Part shown: positions 44,334-50,051 of the stretch, in pieces
How positions within the stretch are numbered: the stretch's first letter is position 1
Layout: every line of letters begins with the position of its first letter
NCBI GenBank assembly: GCA_050734395.1
Contig: JBOHUK010000025.1
Location: forward strand, 1 to 50,051
Direction of reading: 5' to 3'
DNA from: Candidatus Dormibacteria bacterium
GTDB taxonomy: Bacteria; Chloroflexota; Dormibacteria; Aeolococcales; Bog-877
DNA length: 50,051 nucleotides
Position numbers and translations under genes: made by a program
The notes under the pieces: generated by a model
What the model saw: only the letters and a program-made list of their open reading frames with translations
The model's database searches: none
Told to the model about the DNA's origin: nothing

Positions 44334-45375
44334 GTCCGCCCAGGTGGCCCGGCGGGCCGGCCGCCACCTGGAGCTCGCCGAAGGGGCGCAGGCGGTCCTG
44401 GGCCGCTTCCAGAAGCAGGTGCAGGGGGGCCTGGAGGAGGCGGTTGCGGGGCTGCCCGAGGAAATGCGCGAGCCCGCCCGCTACCACCTGGGCCTGCTGC
44501 CCGGGGCGCGCTTTGGCAAGGCCCTGCGCCCCACGCTCACCATGCTGCTGGCCGAGGGGCTGGAGGCGCCCGAGGGGCACTCCCTGCCGCTGGCGGCCGC
44601 CGTGCAGCTGGTGCACGACTTCTCCCTGCTCCACGACGACATCGTCGACGGCGACCGCTCGCGCCGCGGCCGGCCTGCGCTCTGGGTGCGCGACGGAGTG
44701 CCGACCGCCCTCAACGCCGGCGACGCCTTGCTCACCGCGGCCTTCTGCGTCATCGGCGGGGCGGAACTGCCCTCGGCGATTCGAGCGCGCGCCACGCGGC
44801 GGCTCAGCCGCGCCACCCTGGAGATGGTCGGTGGCCAGCAGGCGGACATCGCCGCCACCGGCACGCCGCCCGACGACCTGGGCCAGTACCTGGACATGGT
44901 GGACCGCAAGACCGGTGCCCTGATGGGCGCGGCCGCCGCTCTGGGTGCGATCGCGGCCAACGCCGCCGGGCCCACGGTGGAGGCCTGCCAGCGCTTCGGC
45001 CGCACCTTGGGGGTGGCGTTCCAGCTTCGCGACGACATGCTGGGGGTCTTCGGCGACAGCCAGGAGACCGGCAAGCCGGTGGGCAACGACCTGCTTCGCG
45101 GCAAGCAGGGTCTGCCGCTGGTGCTGGCGCTGGGCAGCAACGGTGGCCTGGGCAGGACCGTGCGTGGCTGGCTGGAGCCAGGCGGGTTGCCGGATTCGGA
45201 GCTGGCCCCGGCCGTCGCACTGCTCGAGGAGCGTGGGGTGGCGGAGCGCTGCCAGGGCCTGACCACTACCTGGACCGAGCGAGCGCTGGCGGCCGCCGCC
45301 AAGCTCCCCCTCCTGCCCCAGACCGCCGAAGAGCTGGAGGTGCTGGGGCGCTGGCTGGGGGAGCGCTGGAGTTGA
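44302..45375 (+). CDS. Polyprenyl diphosphate synthase (FPP/GGPP synthase family)
   Basis: The first Asp-rich motif is LLHDDIVDGDRSRRG and the second is FQLRDDMLG. The start could also be the GTG at 44323 or 44344. Confidence 0.88.
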   Translation: MLSRWPAVISESAQVARRAGRHLELAEGAQAVLGRFQKQVQGGLEEAVAGLPEEMREPARYHLGLLPGARFGKALRPTLTMLLAEGLEAPEGHSLPLAAAVQLVHDFSLLHDDIVDGDRSRRGRPALWVRDGVPTALNAGDALLTAAFCVIGGAELPSAIRARATRRLSRATLEMVGGQQADIAATGTPPDDLGQYLDMVDRKTGALMGAAAALGAIAANAAGPTVEACQRFGRTLGVAFQLRDDMLGVFGDSQETGKPVGNDLLRGKQGLPLVLALGSNGGLGRTVRGWLEPGGLPDSELAPAVALLEERGVAERCQGLTTTWTERALAAAAKLPLLPQTAEELEVLGRWLGERWS

Positions 45376-47327
45376 CGGTGGGGCTGGAGCGGGAGCCGCT
45401 CGCGGCCCCCGACCCCGGCGCCAACTCCAGGCCTCGGCTGGAGGCCGCCCTGGCGCGGGGCCGGGACCGCCTCCTCGAGTTGCAGCAGGCCGACGGCTCC
45501 TGGGTCGGAGAACTGGAGAGCAACGCCTCGATCACCGCCGAGTACCTGCTGCTGCAGCGATACCTGGGCCGGTCCCAACCCGAGCGCGAGCGGCAGGTGG
45601 TCCGCTACCTGTTGGGGGAGCAGGGGCCGGACGGGGGCTGGGCGATCGCCCCCGGCCTGGAGGGCGACCTCAGCGTCACCGCCGAGACCTGGGTGGCCCT
45701 GCGGGTGGCCGGGCTGCCCGCCTCGCATGCGGCGGTGGCCAGGGCCCGGGACTTCGTCGAGGCGCATGGGGGCCTGCGCGCCACCCGGCTGTTCACCCGG
45801 ATGTGGCTGGCACTTGGGGGGCTGTGGGACTGGGACGAGCTCCCGACGGTTCCCCCCGAGTGGTTGCTCCTGCCCGGTTCCGGGGCCGGGAGCATCTATG
45901 ACCTGGCGTCCTGGGCGCGGGCCACCACCGTCCCCCTCACCATCCTGCGCAGCCAGCGCACCGTCTTTGGCCTGGAGGGGCTCAGCCGGGAAGAGCTTCC
46001 TCTCGGGCCTCCCCGCGCGGGAGCCGGCACGATCGGCTGGAGGGTGGTCGAGCGGGCGCTACGGGGGTACGGCCACCTGCCCCCCATCGGACTGCGGGCC
46101 TATGCCCTCAACCGCGCCGAGCGCTGGATCGTGGACCACCAGGAGCAGGACGGCTCCTGGGCGGGGATCCAACCCCCCTGGGTGTACGGGCTGATGGCGC
46201 TGCGGGCGCGCGGCTACTCCCTGGAGCACCCGGTGGTGCGCCGCGGCCTCGAGGCGCTGGAGTCCTTCGGCATCGAGGACGACCGGGGATTCCGGCTCCA
46301 GGCCTGCGTCTCTCCGGTCTGGGACACGGCACTGGCGCTGTGGGCGCTGGTGGAGGCGGGCGTTCCGGCGTCGGATCCCGCGCTGCGTCGGGCCGTGGGA
46401 TGGCTGCTGGCTCGCGAGGTGACCAAGCCCGGCGATTGGGCGGTGCGCCGGCCCCGGGGGCAGTTGGGCGGCTGGCCCTTCGAGTACTTCAACGACCAGT
46501 ACCCAGACATGGACGACACCGCCGTGGTGCTCTCGGCCCTGCGCCTGGCGGGCCACCGCCGCGACGACCCCGGCGAGGTGGGCGACGCCATCCGCCGGGC
46601 GCTGGGCTGGCTGCTGGCGATGCAGGGCCGCGACGGTGGGTACGGCGCCTTCGATGTCGACAACCGGCGCGCCTGGGTGGAGCACCTGCCGATTGCTGAC
46701 TTCGGGGAGATGCTCGACCGGGCCAGTCCGGACGTGACCGCGCACGTGGTCGAGGCCTACAGCCGGCTGGGCGGCGCCGACCTCGAGCCGGCTCGCCGCC
46801 GTGCCCTCGACTGGTTGCGCCGGGCAGAGCAGTACGGGGGCGCCTACTACGGGCGCTGGGGGGTGAACTACGTCTACGGCAATCAGGCGGTGGCGGCGGC
46901 CCTGGTCGTGGGCGGCCAAAGGGAGGACCGCCCCCGCCTGGCCCGGCTGGGCGACTGGGTGGCGGGCCACCAGCACCCGTCCGGAGGATTCGGCGAGTCG
47001 GTGCTCTCGTACCACTCCGAGGAGCACGTGGGTCGCGGGGAGCCCACACCCTCCCAGACCGCCTGGGCGCTACTGGCGTTGCAGGGCGCCGACCAGGGCG
47101 CGCCCGAACTGGAGCGGGAGGGGAGCTGGCAGGAAGCCTCGAGCAGGGCGGTGGCCTGGCTGCTGGAGCACCAGGAGACCGGCGGGGGCTGGACCGACCA
47201 GCAGTACACCGGCACCGGTTTCCCGCGCGCGTTCTACCTTTGCTATCGCCTCTACGCCACCACCTTCCCGGTTATGGCCTTGGCCCGGGCGTGCCGCCCA
47301 GAGCTGGCCGGTCCGGCGGCGCCGTGA
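45372..47327 (+). CDS. shc: Squalene-hopene cyclase
   Basis: 651 aa with repeated QW motifs (QQADGSW, QEQDGSW, GGW) and catalytic DMDDTA. The TTG start overlaps the upstream TGA. Confidence 0.93.
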   Translation: MTVGLEREPLAAPDPGANSRPRLEAALARGRDRLLELQQADGSWVGELESNASITAEYLLLQRYLGRSQPERERQVVRYLLGEQGPDGGWAIAPGLEGDLSVTAETWVALRVAGLPASHAAVARARDFVEAHGGLRATRLFTRMWLALGGLWDWDELPTVPPEWLLLPGSGAGSIYDLASWARATTVPLTILRSQRTVFGLEGLSREELPLGPPRAGAGTIGWRVVERALRGYGHLPPIGLRAYALNRAERWIVDHQEQDGSWAGIQPPWVYGLMALRARGYSLEHPVVRRGLEALESFGIEDDRGFRLQACVSPVWDTALALWALVEAGVPASDPALRRAVGWLLAREVTKPGDWAVRRPRGQLGGWPFEYFNDQYPDMDDTAVVLSALRLAGHRRDDPGEVGDAIRRALGWLLAMQGRDGGYGAFDVDNRRAWVEHLPIADFGEMLDRASPDVTAHVVEAYSRLGGADLEPARRRALDWLRRAEQYGGAYYGRWGVNYVYGNQAVAAALVVGGQREDRPRLARLGDWVAGHQHPSGGFGESVLSYHSEEHVGRGEPTPSQTAWALLALQGADQGAPELEREGSWQEASSRAVAWLLEHQETGGGWTDQQYTGTGFPRAFYLCYRLYATTFPVMALARACRPELAGPAAP

Positions 47328-48229
47328 GCGCGACCGGCACCACCGCGCCACCGGCGGCCCCCGGCGGCGCGGACCTGCCCGAGTACTCCAGGACGCGCCA
47401 GCGTCAGGCCCGCCAGGGGGAGAACTTCCCGATCGCCGCCTGGCTGCTGCGGCCGGGCCGGCGCGAGGCCCGGTCCGCCATCTACGGCTTCTGCCGGCTG
47501 GTCGACGACCTGGGAGATGAGGGCCTGGGAGACCCCGAGGCGCAGCTGGAGCGGGCTCGCTCCGAGCTCGCCGCCTGCTACGGGGGGCACCCCGAGCACC
47601 CCGTCTTCAGGCGCCTCCAGCCGGTGATCGGGCGTTTCCAGCTGGAGCCGGGCCCCTTCACCCGGCTCATCGAGGCCAACCTTCAGGACCAACGCGTCAG
47701 CCGCTACCGGGACTGGGCCGAGCTCGACCACTACTGCACCCTCTCCGCCACCCCGGTCGGGGAGCTGGTGCTGGCCCTCGAAGGCATCCGCGATCGGGAG
47801 CGGGTCTCGTACTCGGACAGCATCTGCACCGGGCTGCAGCTGGCCAATATGTGGCAGGATCTGGCCCCGGACCGCGAGCGGGGCCGCCGCTATCTGCCCC
47901 TGGAGGTGCTGGAGCAGCACCAGGCCCGGGAGCAGGACTACTGGGACGGACACGCCACCCCGGAGCTGCTGGCGGCCCAGGCCCATGCGGTGGGCCGCGC
48001 CCGCCACCTGCTGCTCGCGGGCTGGCCGCTGGTCTCCCGGGTGCCCGGGCTGATGCGGGTGGAGATGGCCACCTTCATCCTCTGCGGCCTGGCGGCTGCC
48101 CAGGCCGCCCTGGACGCCGGCGAGTCGGTGCTCCGGCGCCGCGCATCGCTGCCTCGGGCCAAACGCCGGCAGGCGATTCTCCGGGCGGCTCGAGCGTGGC
48201 GCCAGCCGCGCCCGCCAGACCCGGGATGA
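47324..48229 (+). CDS. hpnC: Hydroxysqualene synthase HpnC (squalene/phytoene synthase family)
   Basis: From the GTG at 47324 (GTGA overlap). Motifs are GENFPIAAWLL...YGFCRLVDDLGDEG...NMWQDLAPDRERGRRYLP. The ENFP opening and the gene order support HpnC. Confidence 0.8.
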   Translation: MSATGTTAPPAAPGGADLPEYSRTRQRQARQGENFPIAAWLLRPGRREARSAIYGFCRLVDDLGDEGLGDPEAQLERARSELAACYGGHPEHPVFRRLQPVIGRFQLEPGPFTRLIEANLQDQRVSRYRDWAELDHYCTLSATPVGELVLALEGIRDRERVSYSDSICTGLQLANMWQDLAPDRERGRRYLPLEVLEQHQAREQDYWDGHATPELLAAQAHAVGRARHLLLAGWPLVSRVPGLMRVEMATFILCGLAAAQAALDAGESVLRRRASLPRAKRRQAILRAARAWRQPRPPDPG

Positions 48230-49131
48230 GCGCCAAGGCGCCGGCGCTGCGGCTGGGCAGGTCCGACCGCGAGCTGGCGGCGGCCCACCGCGCCTGCGCT
48301 CGAGTGGTGCGCCGCCAGGCGGCCAACTTCTACTTCGCCTTCCGCCTGCTGCCGGCGCGCCGGCGCCAGGCGCTGCTCGCCCTCTACCAGTTCTGCCGCG
48401 CCGCCGATGACTTAGCCGACGGCGAGGGCTCGGCGGAGGAGCGCCGCTCAGCCCTGGAGGGCTTCCGCGCGGAGCTGGCCGAGACACTCGCGGGCAACCC
48501 CGCCTCGCCGGAGTGGCTCGTGCTCTGGGATGCGGCGCGCAGCTTCGGACTGCCGACCCAGCAGCTCAACGAGGTGATCGATGGCTGCCTCGCCGACTGC
48601 TCGCCTCTCCTGATCGTGACCGAAGCCGACCTCAACCGCTACTGCTACGGGGTGGCGGGGGCGGTGGGGCTGCTCAGCGCTCGGATCTTCGGGTACCGAG
48701 ACGAGCGGGTGCCCGCGCTGGCGGTGCGGCTCGGGGAGGCGATGCAGCTGACCAACATCCTGCGCGACCTGCTCGAGGACGCGCGGGCCGGGCGCTGCTA
48801 CCTGCCCCAAGAGGACCTGCGGCGCTTCGGCCTGGAGGATGGAGACCTGCTGCTGGGGCCGTCCGGCCCCCGCGCCGCCGCCTATCGTGAGCTGATGGCC
48901 TTCCAGGTGGCCCGGGCGCGGGAGCGCTTCCGCGAGGGCTGCCGCCTGGTGCCGTTGGTCCGGCGCGGCTCCCGGGGCTGCCCGGCCGCGCTGGCCGCCC
49001 TCTACCAGGCACTGCTCGATCAGATCGTCGCCCGCGGCTACGAGGTCCAGGGCAGCCGGGTGGCGCTCAGCACCTCGCGCAAGCTGAGGTTGGCCAGCGG
49101 CGCCTGGCTACGTGCCACTCTGGGCAGCTGA
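48226..49131 (+). CDS. hpnD: Presqualene diphosphate synthase HpnD
   Basis: From the ATG at 48226 (ATGA overlap). Motifs are ANFYFAFRLLPARRRQALLALYQFCRAADDLAD...TNILRDLLEDARAGRCYLP. Confidence 0.82.
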   Translation: MSAKAPALRLGRSDRELAAAHRACARVVRRQAANFYFAFRLLPARRRQALLALYQFCRAADDLADGEGSAEERRSALEGFRAELAETLAGNPASPEWLVLWDAARSFGLPTQQLNEVIDGCLADCSPLLIVTEADLNRYCYGVAGAVGLLSARIFGYRDERVPALAVRLGEAMQLTNILRDLLEDARAGRCYLPQEDLRRFGLEDGDLLLGPSGPRAAAYRELMAFQVARARERFREGCRLVPLVRRGSRGCPAALAALYQALLDQIVARGYEVQGSRVALSTSRKLRLASGAWLRATLGS

Positions 49132-49137
49132 CTCTCG

Positions 49138-50051
49138 GTGGACGCGGTGGTGGTGGGGGGCGGGTTGGCGGGGATCTCCGCCGCCCTCGAGCTGGCGGAC
49201 TTGGGGCACCAGGTGACCCTGGTGGAGCGCTCCCGCACCCTGGGTGGGCTCTGCCGCTCCGTCCCCGACCCCGTCGCCGGCCGGGTGGACACCGGCCAGC
49301 ACGTGTTTCTGGGCTGCTGCACCGCCCTGGAGGAGCTGCTGCGCCGGCTCCAGGCCCCGCCGGCGGTGCGCCAGGAGCGATTGGAGCTGGTCGTGGTGAC
49401 CCGCTCGGGGCGCTGGCGCCGGCTGCGCTCGGCCCCGTTGCCGGGGGCGCTGCACCTGCTCCCGGTGCTGCTGGGCTGGCCCGGCCTGCCCTCGCGCAGC
49501 CTGCCCGCTGCCGCCCGTGCGAGCGGCGCGCTGCGCGCGATGAGCGACTCCGCCGGGCTGCTGGACTCCGTCCCGGCCCGGTCCTGGCTGGAGAGTCTGG
49601 GCCAGGACCCCGCCCTGATCGAGGGGCTCTGGGAGCCCTTCCTGGTCTCGGCCTGCAACGTCAGCCTGGAGCATTGCAGCGCCGAGCTGGCGGCCTTCGT
49701 CATCCGGCAGGGCTTGCTCGCAGGCCCGGGCGCCGCCGCCCTGCGCATCCCGGCGACCGACCTCACGGCCTGGCTGGATCCTCCGGCTCGGCGCGAGCTG
49801 GAGCGGAGCGCGGTGCGCCTGGAACTCGACTGGCGGGCGACCGAGCTCGCCCCGGACGCTCGGGGCCGGCACCGCCTGCGGGAGGCGTCCGGCCGGGAGA
49901 TCACAGCCGACTGGGTGGTGCTGGCGTCGGCCGCGGGGGCGGCCCGCCGCCTCCTCGGAGATCGGGCGGACCCGGGGCTGCGGGCGGCGGCAGAGCTTCC
50001 CGCGTCCCCGATCGTCAACATCCACCTCTTCACCGACCGGCCCTTCCTGCC
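49138..50051 (+). CDS. hpnE: Hydroxysqualene dehydroxylase HpnE (FAD amine-oxidase family), 5' part; runs off the right edge
   Basis: Own translation from the GTG at 49138: VDAVVVGGGLAGISAALELADLGHQVTLVERSRTLGGLCRS...TGQHVFLGCC...SPIVNIHLFTDRP. It is open to the window end and absent from the ORF track. It carries the GxGxxG FAD fold and sits after hpnCD. Confidence 0.82.
   Translation, partial: MDAVVVGGGLAGISAALELADLGHQVTLVERSRTLGGLCRSVPDPVAGRVDTGQHVFLGCCTALEELLRRLQAPPAVRQERLELVVVTRSGRWRRLRSAPLPGALHLLPVLLGWPGLPSRSLPAAARASGALRAMSDSAGLLDSVPARSWLESLGQDPALIEGLWEPFLVSACNVSLEHCSAELAAFVIRQGLLAGPGAAALRIPATDLTAWLDPPARRELERSAVRLELDWRATELAPDARGRHRLREASGREITADWVVLASAAGAARRLLGDRADPGLRAAAELPASPIVNIHLFTDRPFL

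Overview
High-GC bacterial chromosome segment, mostly core housekeeping genes packed tightly, many with 4-nt start/stop overlaps. From left to right:

(i) 1-3298: a visibly lower-GC, ORF-poor accessory block. It holds an IclR-like regulator fragment, a membrane protein with a duplicated HxxxCxxC motif, and a Zn-ribbon+DUF4145 protein. It abuts the 3' end of the tmRNA gene (ssrA, 3299-3687, minus).

(ii) A secreted multi-repeat CHAP-domain wall hydrolase.

(iii) A long minus-strand array: ileS, dksA/traR-like, lspA, rluD, gmk, coaBC, priA, fmt, smpB.

(iv) MaoC-like dehydratase, FemAB-like GNAT and a GT-C-like membrane protein.

(v) A vapBC toxin-antitoxin pair.

(vi) A complete-looking division/cell-wall cluster: mraZ, rsmH, ftsL, ftsI, mraY, ftsW, murG, murC/mpl-like, murB, ftsQ, ftsA, ftsZ. 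It has no murE, murF or murD.

(vii) RNase P RNA (rnpB), DUF2277, rnhA, a COG1579 zinc-ribbon protein and a trmK-like gene.

(viii) An esterase, a tail-anchored predicted pseudokinase, a CoA-pyrophosphatase-type Nudix, Lon, an SRPBCC protein and a Zn-dehydrogenase.

(ix) A hopanoid operon: ispH, polyprenyl synthase, shc, hpnC, hpnD, hpnE (hpnE runs off the right edge).

I found no CRISPR array, transposase or integrase, and no clear multi-gene novel system. The best candidates for follow-up are the tmRNA-adjacent accessory block with the Zn-ribbon/DUF4145 gene, the murDEF-less dcw cluster with an Mpl-like ligase in the murC slot, the tail-anchored pseudokinase, and a mutually exclusive inverted-repeat leader upstream of ispH. 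The many long ORFs in the track that lie antisense to these genes, or extend them at the N-terminus, are high-GC artefacts. All family assignments come from motif recognition by eye. No searches were run.
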